A program made the position numbers and the translations under genes. DNA of 64,000 nt from Escherichia phage vB_VIPECOMC06. The DNA is taken from the sequence record PQ416618.1; one strand, given 5' to 3'. Positions 1-9,717 of this stretch are shown here, piece by piece. Within the stretch, counting starts at the first letter, position 1, and every line of letters begins with the position of its first letter. Under the pieces are notes generated by a model. That model had not been told where the DNA came from. It saw only the letters and a program-made list of their open reading frames with translations, and did not search any database.

Positions 1-1
1 C

Positions 2-1006
2 AAAGAAGCTCGTTCATTAAAAGCAGAAATCGAAGAAGCTAACGAGCGTCTACTTAATATCGTTCTTGACGAAGACCCTACTGAGGCATTCAACAAGATA
101 GGACAAGAAGCATTCTTGATTAAATCTAAAATTGACTCATATAATAAAGTTATTAAGATGTATCATGATGGTGGTACATGTCCTACTTGTGCATCACAGT
201 TGCACCAGGGTGATCCTATTGTCTCTAAGATTACCGATAAGCTTCATGAATGTAATCACTCATTCGAGCAACTTACCTGTCACAGAGATAATCTGAGTGT
301 CCTAGTGGACGAATATAGAGCTAATGTTAAGACTAAACAGGACCTTGCATCTGATATTCGTACTAAGAAACAAGCAATGATTGCCACTATTGATAAAGCT
401 AAGAAAGTTAAAGCTGCAATAGAACAAGCCTCAGCGGAATTTATCGACCATGCTGATGAGATAGCTTTGCTTCAAAAAGAACTTGATAAAATCATTAAAA
501 CAAAATCGGATATCGTTCTTGAAAAATACCATCGTGGTATTATCACAGATATGTTAAAAGATTCCGGTATTAAAGGTGCTATCATTAAAAAATATGTGCC
601 TCTGTTCAACAAGCAGATTAACTATTATCTTAAAATCATGGAAGCTGATTATGTGTTTTCTATTGACGAAGAATTCAATGAATCTATAAAATCACGTGGT
701 CGTGAAGATTTTAGTTATGCTTCATTTAGTCAAGGTGAAAAGGCACGTATCGATATCGCATTGTTGTTTACATGGCGAGATATTGCTGAAAAGGTCTCTG
801 GTGTTAAAATCAACACTCTGATTCTTGATGAGGTTTTTGATGGTGCTGTCGATTCTGAGGCTGTTAAGGCTATAGATACCATTCTTGGAAGTTTACAAAA
901 TACTAATGTGTTCATTATCTCTCATCGAGACCATGACCCTCAACGTTATGGACAACATCTTCAAATGAGCAAAGTTGGACGATTTACGGTAATGACTGTT
1001 TCATAA
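2..1006 (+). CDS. 46: Recombination endonuclease subunit gp46 (SbcC/Rad50-like ATPase), C-terminal part; 5' end lies upstream of the window
   Basis: Frame is open from the window edge with no stop (track start 116 is an internal TTG). Rad50-type zinc hook CPTC, ABC signature FSQGEKARI, Walker B/D-loop ILDEVFDGAVD, H-loop ISH. Confidence 0.85.
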   Translation, partial: KEARSLKAEIEEANERLLNIVLDEDPTEAFNKIGQEAFLIKSKIDSYNKVIKMYHDGGTCPTCASQLHQGDPIVSKITDKLHECNHSFEQLTCHRDNLSVLVDEYRANVKTKQDLASDIRTKKQAMIATIDKAKKVKAAIEQASAEFIDHADEIALLQKELDKIIKTKSDIVLEKYHRGIITDMLKDSGIKGAIIKKYVPLFNKQINYYLKIMEADYVFSIDEEFNESIKSRGREDFSYASFSQGEKARIDIALLFTWRDIAEKVSGVKINTLILDEVFDGAVDSEAVKAIDTILGSLQNTNVFIISHRDHDPQRYGQHLQMSKVGRFTVMTVS

Positions 1007-1060
1007 ACGCTTTAACACGATGTGGTTATAATGACCACATCAAATTAAATGGAGAACAAC

Positions 1061-1249
1061 ATGGAGTATTCAACCGGACAACATCTTCTCGTTGTCCCTG
1101 AAATTAAAAAATATGTTTTGACCAATACGTTTTCAGGTGAAGAACATATTGTTACTGAACAAATGCTCAAATCTGCTTTTAAAGATGAGTATAATAAAAT
1201 AATGTCTAATCGCAATTCCGCATGGACAGTTACCGACTTCTACGAATAA
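1061..1249 (+). CDS. Small hypothetical protein in the T4 gene 45.2 position
   Basis: ATG 1061 preceded by GGAG (track start 1049 is 4 codons upstream); 62 aa; synteny between 46 and 45. Confidence 0.4.
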   Translation: MEYSTGQHLLVVPEIKKYVLTNTFSGEEHIVTEQMLKSAFKDEYNKIMSNRNSAWTVTDFYE

Positions 1250-1261
1250 GAGAGAAATAAT

Positions 1262-1678
1262 ATGTTTACTACTGCTAAAGGTTTCACTGCTGCTGATCTG
1301 AAAGTTACTTCTATCCGTACTGACGCTAACCCACATAACCATAATCGTGTTCGTAAAGCATGGGTCCTGCATTGTGATGACGCAAGTGCTAAAAAACTCC
1401 AATCTTTGCCACAAGAAACTCGTTTTATGATTTATGGTTTTATTGATAACGATGTATCTGATATGTGGATTCATCTGATGCGTAAGCACTATAAAGATTC
1501 TATTGAAGCCGGCGGAAAAATCGTTCTTGATAAAGATGGTTCTGAGCGTCTGGAAGATTTCTACTGTGTTGATGCCGACGAACAACTAATTGCAGCTGGC
1601 GAAATTGTTGCTTCTAAAATTCCAGAATATATTGAATCATTGCCTGAAGCTATTAAAAAGCAGATGGTTGCTGCATAA
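1262..1678 (+). CDS. rpbA: RpbA-like RNA polymerase-binding protein (by synteny)
   Basis: 138-aa ORF between the 45.2-like ORF and gene 45, with an RBS-like agagaaataa upstream; assignment is by position and size only. Confidence 0.4.
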   Translation: MFTTAKGFTAADLKVTSIRTDANPHNHNRVRKAWVLHCDDASAKKLQSLPQETRFMIYGFIDNDVSDMWIHLMRKHYKDSIEAGGKIVLDKDGSERLEDFYCVDADEQLIAAGEIVASKIPEYIESLPEAIKKQMVAA

Positions 1679-1720
1679 TAAATTTGTTATAAACTTTGAA
1701 TTGTCTTGAAAGGAAATAAA

Positions 1721-2407
1721 ATGAAACTGTCTAAAGATACTATCGCTATTCTGAAAAACTTTGCCTCTATTAACTCTGGTATTCTGCTGAGTCAAGGTAA
1801 ATTTATTATGACTCGTGCAGTTAATGGCACCACTTATGCGGAAGCAAATATCTCTGATGAAATTGATTTTGACGTAGCACTTTATGATTTGAATAGCTTC
1901 TTAAGCATTTTGAGTCTAGTGTCTGATGACGCCGAAATTTCAATGCACACCGATGGCAATATTAAAATTGCAGATACACGTTCCACGGTTTATTGGCCTG
2001 CCGCTGACAAGAGCACCATTGTTTTTCCTAATAAGCCAATTCAATTCCCAGTGGCTTCTGTGATTACTGAAATTAAAGCTGAAGACCTTCAACAATTGCT
2101 TCGAGTTTCACGTGGTCTTCAGATTGATACAATTGCTATTACAAATAAAGATGGTAAAATTGTTATCAATGGCTATAATAAAGTTGAAGATTCTGGACTA
2201 ACTCGTCCTAAGTATTCTTTGACTCTTACCGATTATGATGGTTCTAACAATTTTAACTTCGTAATCAATATGGCTAATATGAAAATCCAGCCAGGTAACT
2301 ATAAAGTAATGTTGTGGGGAGCTGGTGATAAAGTTGCAGCCAAGTTTGAAAGCTCTCAAGTAAGTTATGTTATTGCGATGGAAGCCGATTCTACTCACGA
2401 CTTCTAA
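1721..2407 (+). CDS. 45: Sliding clamp gp45
   Basis: 228 aa from ATG 1721 (track start 1706 is an upstream in-frame TTG); RBS aggaaa; N-terminus MKLSKDTIAILKNF and length match T-even gp45; synteny 45-44-62. Confidence 0.9.
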   Translation: MKLSKDTIAILKNFASINSGILLSQGKFIMTRAVNGTTYAEANISDEIDFDVALYDLNSFLSILSLVSDDAEISMHTDGNIKIADTRSTVYWPAADKSTIVFPNKPIQFPVASVITEIKAEDLQQLLRVSRGLQIDTIAITNKDGKIVINGYNKVEDSGLTRPKYSLTLTDYDGSNNFNFVINMANMKIQPGNYKVMLWGAGDKVAAKFESSQVSYVIAMEADSTHDF

Positions 2408-2482
2408 GTCAAAGCTTTACGTTTATTGTGATACGATTATGGAGGAGAAATCCTCCAGTTTAATGATAATGAGGAAAATTAC

Positions 2483-3445
2483 ATGATTACTATCAATTCC
2501 AAAGAACACATTCTAGAACAGAAATATCGTCCTTCTTCCATTGACGAATGTATTCTGCCTGCGTATGACCATGAAACATTCAAGTCTTTAGTATCTAAAG
2601 GAAAACTTCCTCATATTATTTTGCACTCTCCTTCTCCTGGTACAGGTAAAACAACCGTAGCAAAAGCATTATGTAATGATATCAATGCCGAAATGATGTT
2701 CGTCAACGGTTCTGATTGTAAGATTGATTTTGTGCGGGGTCCGTTAACCGCATTCGCTCGTTCAGTCTCAATGGAAGGCAAGCCTAAAGTTATTGTTATT
2801 GATGAATTTGACCGTAGTGGCCTCGCCGAATCACAACGTCACCTTCGTACGTTTATGGAAGAATTCTCTAGTAACTGTTCTATTATTATTACTGCTAACA
2901 ACATCGATGGAATTATTGAACCATTACGTAGTCGTTGTCGAGTTATCGAATTCGGACGTCCAACCGAAGAAGATAAAATCTCGATGATGAAGAAAATGAT
3001 TCATCGTATGGTTGAAATCTGTAAGAACGAAAATATCGAAATCGCTGATATGAAAGTTGTTGCAGCTCTGGTTAAAAAGAACTTCCCGGACTTTCGTCGC
3101 ACAATCGGTCAATTAGACCAGTACTCGTCTAAAGGTGTTCTTGATGCGGGTATTTTGTCTATCGTAACTAATGACCGTGGCACAGTCTCTGATGTTATCG
3201 AAGCAATGAAGAACAAAGATATCAAACAGCTTCGTGCATTAGCTCCAAAATATGCCGCAGATTATTCATGGTTCATCGATAAATTAGTTTCAGAATGTTA
3301 TGACCAAGTTGCACCTGGTAAAAGTATTATTTCGCTTTATGAAATTGCAGGCGAAAACAATAAGTTTCATGGATTAGCAAGTAATATTGAATTACATGTT
3401 ATGTATATGCTTCTTCAACTGACCTGCGAACTGACTTGGAAATAA
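2483..3445 (+). CDS. 44: Clamp loader large subunit gp44 (AAA+)
   Basis: 320 aa; Walker A GTGKTT, Walker B VIVIDEFD, sensor SRCRVI; co-linear with T4 gp44. Confidence 0.9.
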   Translation: MITINSKEHILEQKYRPSSIDECILPAYDHETFKSLVSKGKLPHIILHSPSPGTGKTTVAKALCNDINAEMMFVNGSDCKIDFVRGPLTAFARSVSMEGKPKVIVIDEFDRSGLAESQRHLRTFMEEFSSNCSIIITANNIDGIIEPLRSRCRVIEFGRPTEEDKISMMKKMIHRMVEICKNENIEIADMKVVAALVKKNFPDFRRTIGQLDQYSSKGVLDAGILSIVTNDRGTVSDVIEAMKNKDIKQLRALAPKYAADYSWFIDKLVSECYDQVAPGKSIISLYEIAGENNKFHGLASNIELHVMYMLLQLTCELTWK

Positions 3446-3446
3446 T

Positions 3447-4010
3447 ATGAACTTATTTGATGATGACGTCCAGCTTAACGAGCACCAAATTGCATGGAAG
3501 TCTAATGACGCTGATGCGATTCAAAAATGTGCTGATATGTTTAAAGAAAAACCTGAGAATGAATTCTTTAAAATCATTAATGCTATTAATGAAAAGAAAT
3601 CTATGTCAATTGCTCAGGTCGACTACTCAAAATTTATGGTTGAGAACTCATTATCCCAGTTCCCAGAATGTATGCCAGCTGTTTACATGATGAACTTAGT
3701 CGGTTCTGAATTAAGTGATGAAGCGCACTTCAACTATATGATGGCGGCAATTCCGCGTGGTCGTCGATTCTCTAAATGGGCTAAACTAGTCGAAGACACT
3801 TCAGAGTTACTAGTTATCAAACTGTTGATGAAACATTACACAATCAACATGAATGATGCTACAGAGTATAAGCGGCTCCTTGAAAAAAATAACAAGTTGC
3901 CAATAGTCCTTAAAGAACTGAAGGCCATGGTCACTGATGAGTTTCTCAAAGAAGTTACAAAAAATGTGAAAGAACAAAAACAATTTAAAAAATTAGCATT
4001 GGAATGGTAA
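3447..4010 (+). CDS. 62: Clamp loader small subunit gp62
   Basis: 187 aa; ATG 2 nt after the gp44 stop; synteny 44-62-regA. Confidence 0.85.
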   Translation: MNLFDDDVQLNEHQIAWKSNDADAIQKCADMFKEKPENEFFKIINAINEKKSMSIAQVDYSKFMVENSLSQFPECMPAVYMMNLVGSELSDEAHFNYMMAAIPRGRRFSKWAKLVEDTSELLVIKLLMKHYTINMNDATEYKRLLEKNNKLPIVLKELKAMVTDEFLKEVTKNVKEQKQFKKLALEW

Positions 4011-4012
4011 AA

Positions 4013-4381
4013 ATGATTGAAATTAAATTGAAGAACCCTGAAGATTTTCTGAAAGTCAAAGAGACTTTGACCCGTATGGGCATCGCTAATAACAAGGATA
4101 AAGTCCTTTACCAGTCTTGTCATATCCTCCAAAAGCAAGGTAAGTACTATATCGTCCACTTTAAAGAAATGCTGCGTATGGACGGACGTCAGGTTGATAT
4201 TGATGGTGAAGACTATCAGCGACGTGATTCGATTGCTCAGTTGCTTGAAGAATGGGGATTGATTGTTATTGAAGACTCTGCTCGTGAAGATCTGTTTGGC
4301 CTGACTAATAACTTCCGTGTTATCTCTTTTAAACAGAAAGATGACTGGACTTTGAAAGCAAAATATACAATTGGTAATTAA
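4013..4381 (+). CDS. regA: Translational repressor RegA
   Basis: 122 aa from ATG 4013 (track start 4004 is 3 codons upstream and overlaps the gp62 stop); sequence MIEIKLKNPEDFLKVKETLTRMGIANNKDKVLYQSCHILQ is T4 RegA-like. Confidence 0.85.
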   Translation: MIEIKLKNPEDFLKVKETLTRMGIANNKDKVLYQSCHILQKQGKYYIVHFKEMLRMDGRQVDIDGEDYQRRDSIAQLLEEWGLIVIEDSAREDLFGLTNNFRVISFKQKDDWTLKAKYTIGN

Positions 4382-4387
4382 AGCAAT

Positions 4388-4401
4388 GGGACTTCGGTCC
4401 C
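4388..4401 (+). terminator. CUUCGG-tetraloop hairpin (gggacTTCGgtccc) after regA; RNA stabiliser or weak terminator
   Basis: Perfect 5-bp GC stem with UUCG loop 7 nt after the regA stop; weak U tail. Confidence 0.5.
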
Positions 4402-4462
4402 ATTTGGAGTATAATAAGTTCATCAACAAACAAAAGACAATAACTCGTCTAAAGGAAATTAA

Positions 4463-7174
4463 ATGAAAGAATTTTACTTAACGGTTGAACAGATTGGTGA
4501 TTCAATTTTTGAACGTTACATCGATTCTAATGGCCGTGAACGTACTCGTGAAGTAGAATATAAACCATCACTGTTTGCTCATTGTCCAGAAAGTCAGGCT
4601 ACGAAATATTTCGATATCTACGGTAAGCCGTGTACTCGTAAGTTGTTCGCCAATATGCGTGATGCCTCCCAATGGATTAAACGCATGGAAGATATCGGAC
4701 TTGAAGCACTTGGCATGGACGATTTCAAATTGGCGTATTTGTCTGACACTTATAACTATGAAATCAAATACGACCATACAAAAATTCGTGTGGCTAACTT
4801 CGACATCGAAGTAACATCTCCAGATGGGTTCCCTGAGCCGGCACAAGCAAAACATCCTATTGATGCTATCACCCATTATGACTCAATTGACGACAGGTTC
4901 TACGTATTTGATCTATTGAATTCTCCATATGGTAATGTAGAAGAATGGTCTATCGAAATTGCGGCTAAGCTTCAAGAACAAGGTGGTGATGAAGTTCCAT
5001 CTGAAATTATCGATAAAATCATTTATATGCCGTTCGATAACGAAAAAGAATTGTTGATGGAATATCTCAACTTCTGGCAACAGAAAACTCCTGTCATTTT
5101 GACTGGATGGAACGTTGAGTCATTTGATATTCCATATGTGTATAACCGAATCAAGAATATTTTTGGCGAATCTACTGCGAAACGTTTATCACCACATCGT
5201 AAAACTCGTGTTAAAGTTATCGAAAACATGTATGGTTCTCGTGAAATCATTACATTGTTCGGTATCTCTGTTCTTGATTACATTGACCTTTACAAAAAAT
5301 TCTCTTTTACCAATCAACCGTCATATTCCCTGGATTACATTTCAGAATTTGAATTGAACGTTGGTAAACTGAAATATGACGGCCCTATTTCTAAGCTTCG
5401 TGAAAGCAATCACCAACGATATATTTCTTATAACATTATCGACGTGTATCGTGTATTGCAAATTGATGCTAAGCGTCAGTTCATCAACTTGAGTTTGGAC
5501 ATGGGTTATTATGCTAAAATTCAGATTCAATCTGTGTTTAGCCCAATTAAAACATGGGATGCTATTATTTTTAATAGCCTTAAAGAGCAGAACAAGGTGA
5601 TTCCACAAGGTCGTTCTCATCCGGTTCAACCTTATCCTGGCGCTTTTGTTAAGGAACCTATTCCAAATCGATACAAATATGTAATGAGTTTCGACCTTAC
5701 ATCTCTGTATCCAAGTATTATTCGCCAAGTGAATATTAGCCCAGAAACAATAGCAGGAACGTTTAAAGTAGCTCCATTGCATGATTATATTAACGCTGTT
5801 GCTGAACGTCCTTCTGATGTGTACAGTTGTTCTCCTAACGGCATGATGTATTATAAAGACCGTGACGGTGTTGTTCCAACTGAAATCACTAAGGTCTTTA
5901 ATCAACGTAAAGAACATAAAGGTTACATGCTTGCAGCTCAACGTAATGGTGAAATAATTAAAGAGGCATTGCATAATCCTAATCTTTCTGTTGACGAACC
6001 ATTAGATGTTGATTATCGTTTCGACTTCAGTGATGAGATTAAAGAAAAGATTAAAAAGTTGTCTGCTAAATCTCTTAATGAAATGTTGTTTAGAGCTCAA
6101 CGTACTGAAGTTGCAGGTATGACTGCCCAAATTAACCGTAAATTGCTCATCAACTCGCTTTATGGTGCGCTTGGCAACGTTTGGTTCCGTTATTACGATT
6201 TGCGTAATGCTACTGCAATCACAACATTTGGTCAAATGGCTTTACAGTGGATTGAACGTAAAGTTAATGAATATCTGAATGAAGTTTGTGGCACAGAAGG
6301 TGAAGCTTTCGTTCTTTATGGTGATACAGACTCTATTTACGTATCTGCCGATAAAATTATCGATAAGGTTGGTGAATCTAAATTCCGTGATACCAACCAT
6401 TGGGTAGACTTCTTAGATAAGTTTGCACGTGAACGTATGGAACCAGCTATTGATAGAGGTTTCCGTGAAATGTGTGAATACATGAACAATAAACAACACT
6501 TAATGTTCATGGACCGAGAAGCTATCGCTGGGCCTCCACTCGGTTCTAAAGGTATTGGCGGATTCTGGACCGGTAAGAAACGTTATGCATTAAACGTGTG
6601 GGATATGGAAGGTACTCGTTACGCTGAGCCTAAACTCAAAATCATGGGTCTAGAGACTCAGAAATCTTCGACTCCTAAAGCAGTACAGAAAGCTCTTAAA
6701 GAATGTATTCGTCGTATGCTTCAAGAAGGTGAAGAATCATTACAAGAATATTTTAAAGAGTTTGAAAAAGAATTCCGTCAATTGAATTATATTAGCATCG
6801 CGTCGGTATCTTCTGCGAATAACATTGCTAAATATGATGTAGGTGGATTCCCTGGTCCCAAATGCCCGTTCCATATTCGTGGAATTCTGACGTATAACCG
6901 GGCTATCAAAGGTAATATCGATGCACCGCAAGTTGTAGAAGGTGAAAAAGTATATGTTCTGCCTTTACGTGAAGGAAACCCATTCGGTGATAAATGTATC
7001 GCATGGCCTTCCGGTACTGAAATCACAGATTTAATTAAAGACGACGTACTTCATTGGATGGACTACACTGTTCTCCTTGAGAAGACATTTATTAAACCAC
7101 TTGAAGGATTCACATCAGCAGCGAAACTCGAGTATGAGAAGAAAGCATCTCTGTTCGATATGTTCGATTTTTGA
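4463..7174 (+). CDS. 43: DNA polymerase gp43 (family B)
   Basis: 903 aa; exonuclease motif FDIEV, polymerase motifs YGDTDS and KKRY; N-terminus MKEFYLTVEQIGDS and length match the RB69-type polymerase as I recall it; RBS aaaggaaatt. Confidence 0.95.
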   Translation: MKEFYLTVEQIGDSIFERYIDSNGRERTREVEYKPSLFAHCPESQATKYFDIYGKPCTRKLFANMRDASQWIKRMEDIGLEALGMDDFKLAYLSDTYNYEIKYDHTKIRVANFDIEVTSPDGFPEPAQAKHPIDAITHYDSIDDRFYVFDLLNSPYGNVEEWSIEIAAKLQEQGGDEVPSEIIDKIIYMPFDNEKELLMEYLNFWQQKTPVILTGWNVESFDIPYVYNRIKNIFGESTAKRLSPHRKTRVKVIENMYGSREIITLFGISVLDYIDLYKKFSFTNQPSYSLDYISEFELNVGKLKYDGPISKLRESNHQRYISYNIIDVYRVLQIDAKRQFINLSLDMGYYAKIQIQSVFSPIKTWDAIIFNSLKEQNKVIPQGRSHPVQPYPGAFVKEPIPNRYKYVMSFDLTSLYPSIIRQVNISPETIAGTFKVAPLHDYINAVAERPSDVYSCSPNGMMYYKDRDGVVPTEITKVFNQRKEHKGYMLAAQRNGEIIKEALHNPNLSVDEPLDVDYRFDFSDEIKEKIKKLSAKSLNEMLFRAQRTEVAGMTAQINRKLLINSLYGALGNVWFRYYDLRNATAITTFGQMALQWIERKVNEYLNEVCGTEGEAFVLYGDTDSIYVSADKIIDKVGESKFRDTNHWVDFLDKFARERMEPAIDRGFREMCEYMNNKQHLMFMDREAIAGPPLGSKGIGGFWTGKKRYALNVWDMEGTRYAEPKLKIMGLETQKSSTPKAVQKALKECIRRMLQEGEESLQEYFKEFEKEFRQLNYISIASVSSANNIAKYDVGGFPGPKCPFHIRGILTYNRAIKGNIDAPQVVEGEKVYVLPLREGNPFGDKCIAWPSGTEITDLIKDDVLHWMDYTVLLEKTFIKPLEGFTSAAKLEYEKKASLFDMFDF

Positions 7175-7214
7175 TATAATGTCATGGACGGTAAACTAAT
7201 TAAATGAGAGAAAT

Positions 7215-7850
7215 ATGAAAACTACTCCTATTACTATCGCTATTGACGCAATCATAAAACAAGCTTCTTCTTTGGCCGCTATGGCCAAAGTAATTAGTCA
7301 AAACCCTGCTCGTTATAATGCTATTCTAGAAACTCTTCGACGCCCAGGACTTAGTAATTATGAAAGCCGAGTAATTATTACAGGTGTTGGTAAGAATGCT
7401 AATATTGCAACTAAAGCTTCTGAGACATTTGCTTCACTCGGTATCCCGAGTATGTACTTGAACACAGGGCATTATTCTCATGGTGATGCAGGATTCATTG
7501 CGCCTAATGATGTGTTGATTCATATTAGTCGTTCTGGTAAAACTGAAGAAATGATAGGTGTGGCTAAGCATCTTAAAATGATTCGTCCGAACGTCAAACA
7601 GATTCTGTTGCATTGTAACCCTGACATTCCACAAGAATACGAAGCTCTTTTTGATTATACGTTCTGTACAGGCATCGCAGTAGAGGTTGATGAGAATTCT
7701 CTGGCTCCGACCATGTCCACTACATTGTTGTTAGCGCTTATCGATACGTTTGCTATCAACCTTTCGTCTGAACGTGGATTTACCTCTAATGACTTCCTTA
7801 AGTTCCACCCTGGCGGTGCACTAGGTGCCATGTTACGAGGCGAACAATGA
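7215..7850 (+). CDS. SIS-domain sugar-phosphate isomerase, KdsD/GutQ-like (putative arabinose-5-phosphate isomerase), no CBS domains
   Basis: 211 aa; VIITGVGKNANIATKASETFASLGIPSMY...HGDAG...HISRSGKTEE and C-terminal LAPTMSTT...FLKFHPGGALG resemble the KdsD SIS domain as I recall it. Confidence 0.75.
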   Translation: MKTTPITIAIDAIIKQASSLAAMAKVISQNPARYNAILETLRRPGLSNYESRVIITGVGKNANIATKASETFASLGIPSMYLNTGHYSHGDAGFIAPNDVLIHISRSGKTEEMIGVAKHLKMIRPNVKQILLHCNPDIPQEYEALFDYTFCTGIAVEVDENSLAPTMSTTLLLALIDTFAINLSSERGFTSNDFLKFHPGGALGAMLRGEQ

Positions 7851-7990
7851 AAGCAATAACAATAGGACTTTTACTATTGATGCTTGTCATGACTATCTAC
7901 TGGAGCTTAACGGCTCCAGTATTGATTCCAACACTTGTAATCGGATGGATTATGATTGGACTACAAGCAAAGTATGAATGCTTTAACTAG
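7847..7990 (+). CDS. Small hydrophobic membrane protein (47 aa), absent from the ORF track
   Basis: ATG overlaps the stop of the SIS gene (ATGA); sequence MKAITIGLLLLMLVMTIYWSLTAPVLIPTLVIGWIMIGLQAKYECFN predicts two TM helices. Confidence 0.35.
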   Translation: MKAITIGLLLLMLVMTIYWSLTAPVLIPTLVIGWIMIGLQAKYECFN

Positions 7991-8031
7991 AATAGTGTAC
8001 AATACACCTACTTACCAATGAGGACCACAAC

Positions 8032-9717
8032 ATGAAAAAAGCTGTTATTCTTGGTGCTGGATTGGCAACTCGTTTGTATCCAATAACGCATCATATTCCT
8101 AAGGTGCTTGTTAACTATAAACAAGACACTATTCTGAGCAATTTGTATACAATTTATTCTGACCTTGGCGCAGATGAAATTATTGTAGTAGTTCATTCAA
8201 AATTTGCTGAAACTGTTCGAGCTTATTGTGAGCAAGAAGGGTTCAATGTGACTATTCGTACAGTTGATGAAGCGTATGGTTCTGCTTATGCTCTTGCTAA
8301 ATTACACAAAGATTTAGACGGCCATAATGTAATTGTTAACTGGTGTGATATTATTCCTGATTTCGGTTCATGGTCTTGGAATGTTAACGCAATCTATGTT
8401 AAGGGTGACGAATGTCGATATAATTTCGACGGTGAAAATATCACTAACGTAGGTTCAACAGGTGGTAATGTTGTAGGAATTTATCAGTTCAAAGACTGGG
8501 AATTCTATATGGGTTCTACTGATGAGGAAATTCATGAATACTGCAAAGGACGTGATTTCGTAGAATTCCTTTACGGCAGCGCATTCAATAAATCAGAGCT
8601 TATGAATCTAATTGATTTAGGTGATATGCCTAAACTTGAAAAAGCTCATGAAGTTCGTGAACTTAATCGTAGTTTTAATGCAGTTGAAATTGGTGAAGAA
8701 ACTGTAACTAAATTCGCATTAACCGAACAGGGCCGAGCTCTTCAGAAAGATGAGATTTCATGGTATCTTAAAGTGAAATCAGATTCAGTTCCTCAGTTAG
8801 TTTCTGTTAATGAAAATAACTTTGAAATGGAACGCATTAAAGGTAAGCCGGCATTTGAATATATTAAATCCAAATCAAGTCTTGCTCGTCCACAAATTGT
8901 TGATGCAATTTTAGACGCACTGAAATTCAGCACAGACACTTATTTTGTAAGTCCTGAAACTGTTCGTCGTGATTTCACTAAAGAATTCTATACGAAAGTT
9001 ATTGATCGTTGTGAAAGTATTCAACCATTGATTGATTCATTTGGTAAAATCACACATGTAAACTACACTAAGATTGGGCGTCTGAAGCCAATGTTGAAAC
9101 AAGCTTTAGAACACCTTATTCGTTATCATAACCGTTCTCAGGGACAGTACTCTGTTATTCATGGTGACCCGAACTTCAGTAATACTATGATTACTGATAA
9201 CGGTGAAGTCAAGTTTATCGACCCTCGTGGATATTTTGGCGAAACCAAGATTTACGGGCCAAAATTGTATGATGAAGCTAAAGTGCTTTATGCTGTTTCA
9301 GGTTATGATGAATTCAACGCTAATCCGACCTGGGGGCAGTTTACTATTGATGAAACAACTTGTAATGTGACTATTAACATCAATCCATTAGTTTACAAAT
9401 ATGGAAAGATGAGTTCGTTTAACGAGTATCATCATTTGGCAGTGGCAATTATCTGGATTGCATTAGGTGGTTATTTCAAGAATAATCCACTTAAAGCGGT
9501 AGCCGCATATTATAAAGGTATGGAACTTCTGACTAAGCAATTACGTAACATGGGCCGTGTACTTCAGGACGGCTCTATTAGTTATGACGTAGCAGAACCT
9601 GTAACGGCTACTCTGATTACAAAAAATCCTGGTAAATGGGTACTAACTGATAAAGAAACTGGTGTTTCCTATCGTCCAATCGGTGGCGATATCACTCATC
9701 AATGGGAACGAATCTAA
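8032..9717 (+). CDS. Bifunctional sugar-1-phosphate nucleotidyltransferase (N-terminal) / APH-choline-kinase-fold sugar kinase (C-terminal)
   Basis: 561 aa; N-terminal KAVILGAGLATRLYP (GxGTRL nucleotidyltransferase motif); C-terminal Brenner motif HGDPNFSNTMI and DPRG of the APH/ChoK kinase fold; RBS gagga. Confidence 0.75.
   Translation: MKKAVILGAGLATRLYPITHHIPKVLVNYKQDTILSNLYTIYSDLGADEIIVVVHSKFAETVRAYCEQEGFNVTIRTVDEAYGSAYALAKLHKDLDGHNVIVNWCDIIPDFGSWSWNVNAIYVKGDECRYNFDGENITNVGSTGGNVVGIYQFKDWEFYMGSTDEEIHEYCKGRDFVEFLYGSAFNKSELMNLIDLGDMPKLEKAHEVRELNRSFNAVEIGEETVTKFALTEQGRALQKDEISWYLKVKSDSVPQLVSVNENNFEMERIKGKPAFEYIKSKSSLARPQIVDAILDALKFSTDTYFVSPETVRRDFTKEFYTKVIDRCESIQPLIDSFGKITHVNYTKIGRLKPMLKQALEHLIRYHNRSQGQYSVIHGDPNFSNTMITDNGEVKFIDPRGYFGETKIYGPKLYDEAKVLYAVSGYDEFNANPTWGQFTIDETTCNVTININPLVYKYGKMSSFNEYHHLAVAIIWIALGGYFKNNPLKAVAAYYKGMELLTKQLRNMGRVLQDGSISYDVAEPVTATLITKNPGKWVLTDKETGVSYRPIGGDITHQWERI

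Noticed and set aside
1133-1585. 150-aa - strand ORF overlapping the 45.2-like and rpbA-like genes
   Set aside because: Antisense to two syntenic + strand genes; no SD; translation is rich in rare residues.
3457-3690. 77-aa + strand ORF in an alternative frame within gene 62
   Set aside because: Nested out of frame inside gp62, whose frame is supported by synteny and coupling to gp44.
5342-5974. 210-aa ORF on the - strand inside the DNA polymerase gene (and similar antisense ORFs at 4568-4876, 5023-5250, 6002-6235, 6740-7026)
   Set aside because: They lie entirely within the strongly supported gp43 coding sequence on the opposite strand, have no RBS and give low-complexity translations; they are typical antisense artefacts.
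7172-7180. TGaTATAAT extended -10 directly after the gp43 stop as a promoter for the sugar cassette
   Set aside because: No convincing -35 (GTTTAC) or MotA box at the right spacing upstream; may still function as an extended -10 promoter, but the evidence is insufficient.
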